From Bacillota bacterium (GTDB lineage Bacteria > Bacillota > UBA4882 > UBA8346): 51,802 nt of DNA. The number at the start of each line of letters is the position of its first letter. The stretch's first letter is position 1. Under the pieces are notes generated by a model. That model had not been told where the DNA came from, searched no databases, and worked only from the letters and a program-made list of their open reading frames with translations. The stretch is from the NCBI GenBank assembly GCA_036564195.1, contig DATCLA010000234.1:1-51802 (forward strand), read 5' to 3'. The position numbers and the translations under genes are program-made. Of this stretch, positions 36,022 to 44,814 are shown piece after piece.

Positions 36022-38622
36022 ATGAAACTACCAACAGAATTTCCTTTGGCTAAAAGGATGGTTCTTTCCAGGGCTGTTGCGTTACTGGTGCTTTGTTTGT
36101 TGATGTTAATTCCGCCAGCTGTAACTGCCGAGCCCTACTACAATTATGCTGAAGCATTACAAAAGTCGCTTTACTTTTATGATGCTGAGAAATGTGGTAA
36201 AGGGATTAGCGGCGGCCGGTTGGAGTGGCGGGGTGACTGTCATACTGAGGATTACGAGTATCCGGTCAGCAAGTTACCTGAAGAGTTGGTCCGGTATCAA
36301 TCAATCCTCGATCCGGATGGGGATGGTTTGATTGATTTGGGCGGCGGCTTCCATGATGCCGGCGATCATGTGCGGTTTGGGCTGCCCCAGTCATACGCCT
36401 TCTCTACTCTAGGCTGGGGTTTTTATGAGTTCCGGGAGGCTTTTGTCCGGACCGGCCAAGAAGAACACATGCTGGAGATCTTAAAGTGGTTTAGCGACTG
36501 CTACTTAAAGACTATTTACCTGGACAACCAGGGTAAAGTAATTGCCTTCTGCTATATGGTGGGAGACGGGGATATCGACCACTGTTATTGGGGGCCGCCC
36601 GAATATCAGTCGGCCTCGACCTATCCCCGGCCCGCTCGGTTTGCAACTGCGGAAAATCCGGCCAGTGATATTTCAGCCGGTGTTGCCGCCGGATTGGCCA
36701 TTATGTACTTAAACTGTAAGGATGAGGAACCGGAGTATGCTGCCCAATGTCTGGAGAAGGCGGTGGCCTTGTATGATTTTGCCAAAAAGTACCGGGGTTT
36801 AGGTTACAGCGGCGGATACTACGGTTCAGCCTATGATGAGGATGAACTCTCCTGGGCAGCGGTCTGGCTCTATGAAGCTACCGGAAAAATTGAATATATC
36901 CGGGAAATTGATGCCGTTGACTCCGGCGGAATTTATACCGGTTATTTGAGGCGAATTATCGCTGATACCACCAATACTTGGCAGAACATCTGGACTCATT
37001 GCTGGGATGTAGTGTGGGCCGGCGTCTTCACCAAATTGGCAACCCAATTCCCCGATAATGAGCAGTTCGATTACTTTTCCCGCTGGAATCTGGAGTATTG
37101 GACCGGTGGGCAGGTTCCCCATGAGGATCCCCGGGACACGACTTATCTGAAACCGACCCCGGCCGGTTACGCCATGCTCAACACCTGGGGTTCGGCCCGG
37201 TATAATTGCGCCGCCCAATTATGTACCCTGGTTTATCAGAAATATCATCCGGACCGGACGGATTTAACCGACTGGGCCAGGGGCCAGATGGAATACATCA
37301 TGGGTAATAACCCCATGGGTTATTCGTATATTGTGGGTTATGGCAAGGCCTGGGCCCAACACCCGCACCACCGGGCCGCCCATGGCTCTACTAACAATAA
37401 TATGAATGTGCCGGCCGAGCATAAACATACCCTCTGGGGTGCGCTGGTGGGCGGGCCCGACGGAGATGACATCCATAAAGACCTGACTACCGATTACGTT
37501 TATAACGAAGTTGCCATCGATTATAATGCCGCCTTTGTCGGCGCCCTTGCCGGGCATTATCTGCTTTACGGTAAAGACCATCAGCCCTTGGCCGATTTTC
37601 CGCCGGCGGAACCCCGGGTGAATGAGTTTTACGCTGAAGCCAAGGTAGAGCAGGAGAATAAAGAGCGGACCCAGGTAACCATCAGGATCCATAATGACAG
37701 TGTGCAACCGCCGCGGTTTAATACCGCATTGAGCTGTCGTTATTATTTCAACATTACCGAATTATTAGCAGCGGGCCAGTCAATCGAAGCGGTGGAGGTG
37801 GCAGTCATGTACGATCAAATGGTTTCGGAAGGGGCCGCAACCAAACTAACCGGCCCGTTTGCCGCAGATGCCGCCAATGGGATCTACTACATCCAGATGG
37901 ACTGGGCGGGGTTAAAGTTTTTCGGTACCCGAGAATTTCATTTTGCTCTGGTAGCGGCACAGGATTCTGATTATACCACCCATTGGGATCCGAGTAACGA
38001 CTGGAGCCGGCAGGATTTGGGCACCACTTATACGGTGACGGACCGGATTCCCGTTTATTCAGACGGCGTTTTAGTATTCGGCCGGGAACCGGATCCAGTC
38101 CCGACACCGTCGACAGGAGCCACCCCCTCGCCAACACCGGAGCAGCCCGCTTCGGTTCAGGTGTCCTACCGCTGCTGCGAGGCAGGTAGTTCTGTCAATA
38201 CAATTCGTCCTTGGCTAAAGGTGAAAAATACAGGCAGCGCCCCGCTGGACTTGGCCAGAGTCAAACTACGGTACTGGTTTACCGCTGACGGCGAAGGCTC
38301 TCAGACTTATGTTTGTGACTATACCAAAGTCGGCGCTGGTAATATTACCGGTTCCTTTGTTAAGCTCACTAATCCGGTACCTACTGCGGATTCCTATTTG
38401 GAAATTGGCTTTACCAGCGGAGCCGGACGACTGGCGGCCGGAGCCGGTACCGGCGATATTCAAATTCGTTTTCATAAGAATGACTATTCCCCCTATGATC
38501 AGAGCAATGATTATTCGTTTCAACCTGAATTATTGTCACCGGGTGAAAATACCAGAATAACAGCGTATATTGACGGAAAACTGGTTTACGGTACTGAACC
38601 GGCCGGGATCAGCTTACCGTAA
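36022..38622 (+). CDS. Secreted GH9 endoglucanase with CBM3c and a C-terminal CBM3 (a/b type); the only enzyme in the array without CBM2
   Basis: It starts 30 nt after the GH3 stop (RBS GAGGAGG). GH9 motifs: [68 protein letters not shown]3c reads EFYAEAKVEQENKERTQVTIRIHNDS..CRYYFNITE. The terminal CBM3 (about 38155-38619) reads VQVSYRCCEAGSSVNTIRPWLKVKNTGSAPLDLARVKLRYWFTADG..IQIRFHKNDYSPYDQSNDYSF. Confidence 0.9.
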   Translation: MKLPTEFPLAKRMVLSRAVALLVLCLLMLIPPAVTAEPYYNYAEALQKSLYFYDAEKCGKGISGGRLEWRGDCHTEDYEYPVSKLPEELVRYQSILDPDGDGLIDLGGGFHDAGDHVRFGLPQSYAFSTLGWGFYEFREAFVRTGQEEHMLEILKWFSDCYLKTIYLDNQGKVIAFCYMVGDGDIDHCYWGPPEYQSASTYPRPARFATAENPASDISAGVAAGLAIMYLNCKDEEPEYAAQCLEKAVALYDFAKKYRGLGYSGGYYGSAYDEDELSWAAVWLYEATGKIEYIREIDAVDSGGIYTGYLRRIIADTTNTWQNIWTHCWDVVWAGVFTKLATQFPDNEQFDYFSRWNLEYWTGGQVPHEDPRDTTYLKPTPAGYAMLNTWGSARYNCAAQLCTLVYQKYHPDRTDLTDWARGQMEYIMGNNPMGYSYIVGYGKAWAQHPHHRAAHGSTNNNMNVPAEHKHTLWGALVGGPDGDDIHKDLTTDYVYNEVAIDYNAAFVGALAGHYLLYGKDHQPLADFPPAEPRVNEFYAEAKVEQENKERTQVTIRIHNDSVQPPRFNTALSCRYYFNITELLAAGQSIEAVEVAVMYDQMVSEGAATKLTGPFAADAANGIYYIQMDWAGLKFFGTREFHFALVAAQDSDYTTHWDPSNDWSRQDLGTTYTVTDRIPVYSDGVLVFGREPDPVPTPSTGATPSPTPEQPASVQVSYRCCEAGSSVNTIRPWLKVKNTGSAPLDLARVKLRYWFTADGEGSQTYVCDYTKVGAGNITGSFVKLTNPVPTADSYLEIGFTSGAGRLAAGAGTGDIQIRFHKNDYSPYDQSNDYSFQPELLSPGENTRITAYIDGKLVYGTEPAGISLP

Positions 38623-38650
38623 ATTACTTAAAAAGGGTCGGTTATTGATA

Positions 38651-38936
38651 ATGAAGCAATGGTCGCTGTTTTCAGCATTACTCCTGGTCTTGGCTGTTGC
38701 GGTAAGGAGTAACTTAAACTGTTGTTGCTCCGACCGGATTTGTTGCCACTGAAGGCACCAATTTCTCTTTAGACGGTAAACCCTATTTTGCCGGGGGTAA
38801 TTCTTATGATTTATTTACCTACGGTGATGGCTTAGCGGGAGGTGATGCGGACCGAGCCGATCAGAATAAACCGGAAAAGCGAAGTAAGGATGGAGCAGTT
38901 GAAAAGGAATTTGAAAACACTTGTGAGGGGGAATGA
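38651..38936 (+). pseudogene. Frameshifted, truncated remnant of a secreted GH5-like (mannanase-type) gene
   Basis: The ATG at 38651 opens a signal peptide (MKQWSLFSALLLVLAVAV). That frame then runs into nonsense and stops at 38752. A different frame (38718-38936) reads TVVAPTGFVATEGTNFSLDGKPYFAGGNSYDLFTYGDG. This parallels the mature N-terminus of the intact mannanase at 15953 (GFVYREGKNFMLNGKIFRFGGANNYY). It then degenerates and stops after about 70 codons. Confidence 0.55.
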
Positions 38937-39006
38937 AACCGGTACAGAAATTGAATCAGCTGGTAAAAAAGAAAGGAAATTATCTTAATAGTAAAGGAGA
39001 AGGTTG

Positions 39007-40422
39007 ATGAATTTGTCGAGAAAGAACCGACTGCTCACTGGTTTACTGGCTTTATTGATCTTAAGTACGCTCCTGATTTCTGGTGCGGTGCCAGTCGCGG
39101 GAGCCGGCGGGCCGGTGGACACTTATGGCCAGTTGCAGGTGATCGGGAATCAATTGTGCGACCGTTCCGGTAACCCGGTGGCCTTGCGCGGGATGTCGTT
39201 GTTCTGGTCCAATTGGGACACTGGGTTTTACAACAGTAATGTGGTCCAATGGTTGCGCGACGACTGGAAGTGTACCGTGGTCCGGGCAGCGCTGGGAATC
39301 GAACCGCTCGGCGCCTATCTCAGCAATCCGGAAGCACAAAAACAAAAGATAACCGCGGTGGTTGACGCAGCGATCAATCTCGGGATGTATGTAATTATCG
39401 ATTGGCATGATCATAATGCCCATAATCACACCCAACAGGCTAAAGAGTTTTTTGCCGCTATGGCGCAACGCTACGGGAGTTATCCCAATGTGCTCTATGA
39501 GATCTATAATGAACCCGAGAGCGTGGGTTGGACAACGGTTAAAGCCTATGCCGAAGAGGTAATCGCGGCGATCCGTCAACACGATCCCGACAATATCATC
39601 ATCGTCGGTACGCCTAACTGGTCCCAATATGTGGATGCCGCTGCCGATAACCCGATCCGGCAGTCGAATATTATGTATACCCTACATTTTTACGCAGCCA
39701 CCCATAAACAATGGCTGCGTGATAAAGCCACCTATGCTTTGAATAAAGGGATCGCCTTATTCGTCTCGGAGTGGGGTACCAGCGAAGCCACGGGTGATGG
39801 GACGTTGGATTATAGCGAGTCCGATATTTGGATTGATTTTATGCTTAAAAACAATTTAAGTTGGTGTAACTGGTCGTTGTTTACTAAGGAAGAAACCTCC
39901 GCCGCTTTACTGCCGGGGGCCGGAACCAACGGCGGATGGGACAGTTCGCAGCTTTCAGCATCCGGAAAATATGTCCGGGAGAAATTGATCAGTCTGAACA
40001 GTGTTGTTCCAACCATTTCACCGAGTCCGAGTCCCAGTCTAAGTCCCAGCCCCAGTCCGAGCCCTACTCAGATACCGAGTCCCAGTCCGACCGGGACTTC
40101 CGGAAGCGGTTGTACAGTCGCCTATACCATGAATGACTGGGGGAGCGGCGCGACAGTTACTATTACACTGAAAAACAATGGGACGGTGGCAATTAACAAT
40201 TGGAAGCTCGAATTTAGTTTCCCTGGTAATCAACAGATCACCAACCTGTGGTGCGCTAAATACACGCAAAGCGGCGCAGCGGTAACTGCCAGCGGCGAAT
40301 CCTGGAACAGTGTAATTCAACCGGGCGGTACCGTCAGTTTTGGGTTTAACATCAGTTATAGTGGTGCCAATGTCAAGCCGACCAGCTTCACCCTTAACGG
40401 CGTTGCCTGTCAGGTCCTTTAA
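39007..40422 (+). CDS. Secreted GH5 endoglucanase (cellulase, GH5_2-like) with C-terminal CBM2
   Basis: Signal peptide. The sequence YGQLQVIGNQLCDRSGNPVALRGMSLFWS is followed by the acid/base motif VLYEIYNEPE and the nucleophile motif FVSEWGTS. An (SP)n linker leads to CBM2 (40111-40419). The ATG at 39007 is preferred to the adjacent TTG at 39004. Confidence 0.9.
   Translation: MNLSRKNRLLTGLLALLILSTLLISGAVPVAGAGGPVDTYGQLQVIGNQLCDRSGNPVALRGMSLFWSNWDTGFYNSNVVQWLRDDWKCTVVRAALGIEPLGAYLSNPEAQKQKITAVVDAAINLGMYVIIDWHDHNAHNHTQQAKEFFAAMAQRYGSYPNVLYEIYNEPESVGWTTVKAYAEEVIAAIRQHDPDNIIIVGTPNWSQYVDAAADNPIRQSNIMYTLHFYAATHKQWLRDKATYALNKGIALFVSEWGTSEATGDGTLDYSESDIWIDFMLKNNLSWCNWSLFTKEETSAALLPGAGTNGGWDSSQLSASGKYVREKLISLNSVVPTISPSPSPSLSPSPSPSPTQIPSPSPTGTSGSGCTVAYTMNDWGSGATVTITLKNNGTVAINNWKLEFSFPGNQQITNLWCAKYTQSGAAVTASGESWNSVIQPGGTVSFGFNISYSGANVKPTSFTLNGVACQVL
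40111..40419 (+). repeat. CBM2 cassette copy 9
   Basis: [52 protein letters not shown]. Three Cys. Confidence 0.9.
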
Positions 40423-40443
40423 TCCCAACCTAAAATAGGGCCT

Positions 40444-40477
40444 CCGGAGAAAACCGGTTCCCGACCGGTTTCTCCGG
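40444..40477 (+). terminator. Rho-independent-type terminator after the GH5 cellulase gene
   Basis: CCGGAGAAAACCGGT (40444-40458), loop TCCCG, then ACCGGTTTCTCCGG (40464-40477). There is one bulged A. It is followed by TTCTGACTTTC. Confidence 0.65.
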
Positions 40478-40547
40478 TTCTGACTTTCATGAAATCAGGA
40501 ATTGAAATACAGAAATAAGCAATCTTTAGATTAAAGGGGATGGATTA

Positions 40548-42842
40548 ATGAAAAACCGAGCCTTAATTACTTTGGCGGCCTGTACCGTTATCGCGTTTGG
40601 GATGGGGATCGCATTGTCCAAGGTATTGGGCGCAACCAGTTACAATTACGCCGATGCTTTCGCGAAGTCAATCCTGTTTTATGAAGCCAATTGGTGCGGG
40701 CCGGACGCAGGTAATAACCGGATCAAATGGCGGGGCCCTTGCCATGTTAAGGACGGCCAGGATGTGGAGCTTGATTTGACCGGTGGTTTTCACGACTGCG
40801 GCGATCATGTCAAATTCGGCTTGCCCCAGACTTATGCCGCCTCTACCCTGGCGTGGGCTTATTACGAATTTAAGGATGTTTTTGTTGCTAAAGGCCAGGA
40901 TGGTTATATGTTAAACATCCTAAAAAATTTTACCGACTATTTTATGCGCTGCTTTCCGAATGACCACACTTTCTACTACCAAATCGGTGACGGTGACACC
41001 GACCACAGCTACTGGGGGCCTCCGGAATTGCAGAAAACCGAGCGTCCCACTTACTATGTTGCCAACGCCGCCACTCCCGGTTCCGATGTGGCCGGTAACG
41101 CTGCTGCCGCCTTGGCCTTGATGGCGATAAATTATGAGGAGCATGACCCAGCCTATGCGGCAAAATGCCTGGATACTGCCAAAAGGCTGTATACTTTCGG
41201 TATGACCTACCGGGGAAACAGTAAAGGCCAGACTTACTATATGCCCAACTCTTATTATGATGAACTGATGTGGGGTGCCATCTGGCTCCATATTGCCACC
41301 AAAGACCGGAGTTATTTGGATGATGTGGAGCAACTGATGAACGAAAGAGGCATCGGCGGGGATCAGATCCAATATTATAACCATTGGACCCATTGTTGGG
41401 ATGATGTTTTCGGCGGGGTCTTTTTGAAACTGGCCCAATTAAAGGTTAAACCCAAATATCAGACAGTCGTCGAAGAAAATCTGGGCTATTGGATGACCCA
41501 GTTAAAGACCACCCCCGGCGGCCTGAAATACCTACACCAATGGGGGCCGTTGAAATATACCGCGGCTCAGAGTTTTATAGCCCTGGTCTACAATAAGACC
41601 AATCCCAATCAGAAATATGTGGACTTTGCCAAAAGTCAGATCGATTATATTCTGGGCAGTAATCCCAACAATATCTCCTATCTGGTAGGCTTTGGCGACA
41701 AATACCCCCGGTTTCCCCACCATCGGGCCGCCAGCGGCCGCCTGGAAGGCGAACCAGCCAATGAAACCAAAAAGGATCCGGAGCGTCATATCCTTTACGG
41801 TGCTTTAGTCGGAGGGCCGAAAGAGAACGACAGTTATTCCGATGTAATTGAGGATTATGTCTATACTGAAGTCGGACTGGATTACAATGCCGGTCTGGTA
41901 GGCGCTTTAGCCGGAATGACGGAACTTTTCGGTCTCAATCAGCAACCCGAAGCCACCCCGGGGCTGGAAGCGGAACCGCCCCAGTATTATGTGGAAGCCC
42001 AGGTCACTTACGAAAACAATCAACAGACCGTTGTCAAAGCCTATCTCCATAATCTCACCGTCGCGCCGCCGCAATACGAGACTGATTTGACCCTGCGTTA
42101 TTTTGTTGATTTAAGCGAGTATTATGCGCAGGGATTAACTGTGCAGGATCTTACCACCAAGATTGATTTCAGCAATAACGGCGCTAAAATTACACCTTTG
42201 TTAGCCTGGGATGAAGCCAACCATATTTATTATGCGGAAATCAGTTGGCCTGAGGCTGAACTGTACGGTAAATGCCAGGTACAATTCAAAATTGCGGGCC
42301 AGAATTCAATTATCTGGGACCACAGCAATGATTTTTCCCGTTCCGGCTTGGGCAATGCTTTGACCCGGACCCAACGCATTCCGGTTTATAAAAGCGGTAC
42401 TCTGGTCTATGGTCAGACACCTAGTTCCGGCGGAATATCGACTCCTACCGGAAGTACCCACGCAACTCCGACCGCAACCGGGACGGTAACCACTCCCAGC
42501 CCCAGTCCGACAGCGACCTCCCCGGGCAGTTATGCCGTCTCCTATACCATGAATGATTGGGGCAGCGGCGCCACTGTTACTATTACTATTAGCAATAAAG
42601 GGACTACTGCAGTGAACAATTGGGAACTTAAGTTCAACTTCCCGGGAAACCAAAAGATCACCAACCTGTGGTGTGCCCAGTATACCCAAAGCGGTACGGC
42701 GGTAACCGTAACTAACGAAGCCTGGAATAGTACAATCCCGCCGGGAGGTACAGTCAGCTTTGGATTCAATCTCAGTTACAGTGGGACCAATGCCAAACCG
42801 GCCATGTTTACCTTAAACGGTACGCCCTGTACAACGTATTAA
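40548..42842 (+). CDS. Secreted GH9 endoglucanase with CBM3c and C-terminal CBM2 (paralogue of 17580)
   Basis: [34 protein letters not shown] (the usual DAGD is DCGD here), DHSYWGPPE, FPHHRAASG, YTEVGLDYNAG. CBM3c reads QYYVEAQVTYENNQQTVVKAYLHNLT..LRYFVDLSE. A linker leads to CBM2 (42531-42839). Confidence 0.92.
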   Translation: MKNRALITLAACTVIAFGMGIALSKVLGATSYNYADAFAKSILFYEANWCGPDAGNNRIKWRGPCHVKDGQDVELDLTGGFHDCGDHVKFGLPQTYAASTLAWAYYEFKDVFVAKGQDGYMLNILKNFTDYFMRCFPNDHTFYYQIGDGDTDHSYWGPPELQKTERPTYYVANAATPGSDVAGNAAAALALMAINYEEHDPAYAAKCLDTAKRLYTFGMTYRGNSKGQTYYMPNSYYDELMWGAIWLHIATKDRSYLDDVEQLMNERGIGGDQIQYYNHWTHCWDDVFGGVFLKLAQLKVKPKYQTVVEENLGYWMTQLKTTPGGLKYLHQWGPLKYTAAQSFIALVYNKTNPNQKYVDFAKSQIDYILGSNPNNISYLVGFGDKYPRFPHHRAASGRLEGEPANETKKDPERHILYGALVGGPKENDSYSDVIEDYVYTEVGLDYNAGLVGALAGMTELFGLNQQPEATPGLEAEPPQYYVEAQVTYENNQQTVVKAYLHNLTVAPPQYETDLTLRYFVDLSEYYAQGLTVQDLTTKIDFSNNGAKITPLLAWDEANHIYYAEISWPEAELYGKCQVQFKIAGQNSIIWDHSNDFSRSGLGNALTRTQRIPVYKSGTLVYGQTPSSGGISTPTGSTHATPTATGTVTTPSPSPTATSPGSYAVSYTMNDWGSGATVTITISNKGTTAVNNWELKFNFPGNQKITNLWCAQYTQSGTAVTVTNEAWNSTIPPGGTVSFGFNLSYSGTNAKPAMFTLNGTPCTTY
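42531..42839 (+). repeat. CBM2 cassette copy 10 (first Cys replaced by Tyr); near-identical to copy 11
   Basis: [67 protein letters not shown]. Positions 42666-42803 are identical base for base to 44525-44662 (offset 1859). Confidence 0.95.
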
Positions 42843-42868
42843 TGTAAACTCAAAGGAGGCTGTTAGAA

Positions 42869-44701
42869 ATGAAAAGGTTATTATTAGCGTTATTAATCTT
42901 TGCCTCAATCGGTAGTATGCTGGCAGCAATTGATTTTCAAGCCGCAGCCGAAGAGAATTACCCCGGTTTTAGAGTAAAAGGCCGGTTTCTCTATGACAAA
43001 TACGGTGTAAAAGTAATCCTGGTTGGTGTCAATAAGATGGTAATCTGGACGGATATTGACGGTTTGCCCAGTTATGAAGAGATTGCCAAAACCGGTGCCA
43101 ATTGTGTCCGGATTGTCTGGACCTCCGATGGTACTGCTAAACAGCTGGATACCGCCATCTATAACTGCCGGGCTAACTCAATGATCCCAATGGTGGAACA
43201 CCATGGCGCTACCGGGGCCTGGAATGATCTGCAAAAATGTGTCGACTATTGGACCCGTCCCGATGTGGTCGCAGTGATTAAAAAGCACCAAGAGTACTTG
43301 TTAATCAATATTGCCAATGAGTGTGGCGACGCCAACGTTTCCACCAGTGCTTTCCGGACTGAGTATACTGCGGCAGTCCAACAAATGCGGCAAGCCGGGA
43401 TCCATGTGCCGTTAATTATTGACGGCACCGACTGGGGCAAGAATATCAATATCCTCCAGTCGGAAGGTCCGGCGTTGTTGGAGGCCGATCCCGATCATAA
43501 TCTGCTCTTTTCAGTACATATGTGGTGGCCACAGATGTGGGGATATTCGGAACAGACCGTAATTGACGAAATTGCCGAATCAGTCAATTTGAACTTACCG
43601 TTAATCGTGGGTGAATTCGGCGCACTTTGGGAAGAGTCTGCCCAGGGGCAGATTCCCTACAAGACCATTATGGAGCAATGCCATAAAAACCAAATCGGCT
43701 GGTTGGCCTGGTCTTGGGGGCCGGGTAACAATCCCCAAACCTTTTTGGATATGACTGAAGACTCGACCTTTGCGACTTTGCATGGCTGGGGCCTGGAAGT
43801 GGCGGTAACCGATCAATACAGTATTAAAAATACTGCCGTCCGTCCCGCCTGGTTACAGGAGCCGCTGCCGCCATTGCCAACACCGACACCGCTGCCTGTC
43901 GGAAACCTGGCTGTCGGTAAACCGGTTTGGGTATCTTCAGTTGAAAGTAACTCCTATCCTGGCAGTAATGCGGTTGACGGTGATCTGGCGACCCGGTGGT
44001 CCTCGGGAAGTTCGGATCCGCAATATCTTACGGTTGACTTAGGCCGGGTTTATGCCATTAACCGCGTAATCCTCTGTTGGGAGAATGCTTACGGTAGACA
44101 GTATAAGCTCCAAGTATCCGACGACGGGAACAACTGGACCGATCTTTATACCGAGTATAACGGTGACGGCGAAACGGATGACCTGGCGGTAACCGGTAGT
44201 GGCCGCTATGTCCGGATCTATGGCCTGCAGCGCTATAATACGGAATGGGGTTATTCATTATGGGAAATTGGGGTTTACAGTCCGGAAAATATTGAACCGT
44301 CGCCTACCGGAACCATCGATCCGACCCCCACTTTGACCCCAACTGTGGAACCTCCCAGTCCCAGCCCGACGGTGACTTCCGGTACCGGTTGCACAGTCAC
44401 TTATACCATGAATGACTGGGGCAGCGGCGCCACTGTCACTATTACTATTAGCAACAAAGGGACTACAACGGTGAACAATTGGGAACTTAAGTTCAACTTC
44501 CCGGGAGACCAAAAGATCACCAATCTGTGGTGTGCCCAGTATACCCAAAGCGGTACGGCGGTAACCGTAACTAACGAAGCCTGGAATAGTACAATCCCGC
44601 CGGGAGGTACAGTCAGCTTTGGATTCAATCTCAGTTACAGTGGGACCAATGCCAAACCGGCCGTGTTTACCTTAAACGGTACGGCTTGTTCGGTAGAGTA
44701 G
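42869..44701 (+). CDS. Secreted GH5 beta-mannanase (alkaline-Bacillus Man5A-like) with F5/8 type C (CBM32-like) domain and C-terminal CBM2
   Basis: It starts 26 nt after the previous stop (RBS AAGGAGG). GH5 motifs: LLINIANECGD (acid/base), LIVGEFG (nucleophile), GWLAWSWGPGN. The overall order of motifs matches what I recall of Bacillus Man5A-type mannanases. The discoidin domain (about 43903-44280) reads NLAVGKPVWVSSVESNSYPGSNAVDGDLATRWSS..YLTVDLG..RYVRIYGLQRYNTEWGYSLWEIGVY. CBM2 is at 44390-44698. Confidence 0.85.
   Translation: MKRLLLALLIFASIGSMLAAIDFQAAAEENYPGFRVKGRFLYDKYGVKVILVGVNKMVIWTDIDGLPSYEEIAKTGANCVRIVWTSDGTAKQLDTAIYNCRANSMIPMVEHHGATGAWNDLQKCVDYWTRPDVVAVIKKHQEYLLINIANECGDANVSTSAFRTEYTAAVQQMRQAGIHVPLIIDGTDWGKNINILQSEGPALLEADPDHNLLFSVHMWWPQMWGYSEQTVIDEIAESVNLNLPLIVGEFGALWEESAQGQIPYKTIMEQCHKNQIGWLAWSWGPGNNPQTFLDMTEDSTFATLHGWGLEVAVTDQYSIKNTAVRPAWLQEPLPPLPTPTPLPVGNLAVGKPVWVSSVESNSYPGSNAVDGDLATRWSSGSSDPQYLTVDLGRVYAINRVILCWENAYGRQYKLQVSDDGNNWTDLYTEYNGDGETDDLAVTGSGRYVRIYGLQRYNTEWGYSLWEIGVYSPENIEPSPTGTIDPTPTLTPTVEPPSPSPTVTSGTGCTVTYTMNDWGSGATVTITISNKGTTTVNNWELKFNFPGDQKITNLWCAQYTQSGTAVTVTNEAWNSTIPPGGTVSFGFNLSYSGTNAKPAVFTLNGTACSVE
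44390..44698 (+). repeat. CBM2 cassette copy 11; near-identical to copy 10
   Basis: [67 protein letters not shown]. By eye there are only about 8 nucleotide differences from copy 10 over the ~280 nt core. Confidence 0.95.
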
Positions 44702-44814
44702 TAATCAGCCAGAGAATTTAAGAGTGTCGGAAATAAAGATCCTGTTGGCGTAGGATATTTAAAAAATTGCGTTAGCCACTTGGCAAGCTATTTTCGGTGA
44801 AGGAGGAAAGATTA

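Noticed and set aside
36310-36336. A DPDGDGLID segment in the GH9-CBM3 enzyme resembles a dockerin / EF-hand calcium loop. This raised the possibility of a cellulosomal component.
   Set aside because: It is a single loop inside the GH9 catalytic domain, just before GGGFHDAGDH. A dockerin is a duplicated ~22-residue pair at a terminus. No cohesin or scaffoldin is in the window. It is most likely a local Ca-binding insertion.
38570-38752. A 60-aa ORF spanning the end of the GH9-CBM3 gene into the spacer.
   Set aside because: Its first part overlaps the real GH9 stop region in another frame. Its second part is the signal peptide of the decayed GH5-like gene followed by out-of-frame nonsense (..SNLNCCCSDRICCH). 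It is better explained as part of the pseudogene.
42542-42769. This is a 75-aa minus-strand ORF that recurs almost identically at 44401-44628. Similar antisense ORFs sit in other CBM2 regions (21903-22313, 33170-33592, 40039-40428, 30253-30471). At first sight they look like a conserved small-protein family.
   Set aside because: They are mirror images of the repeated CBM2 coding cassette. Their conservation is fully explained by the sense-strand repeat. They lack RBSs, and the sense frame has unmistakable CBM2 sequence.
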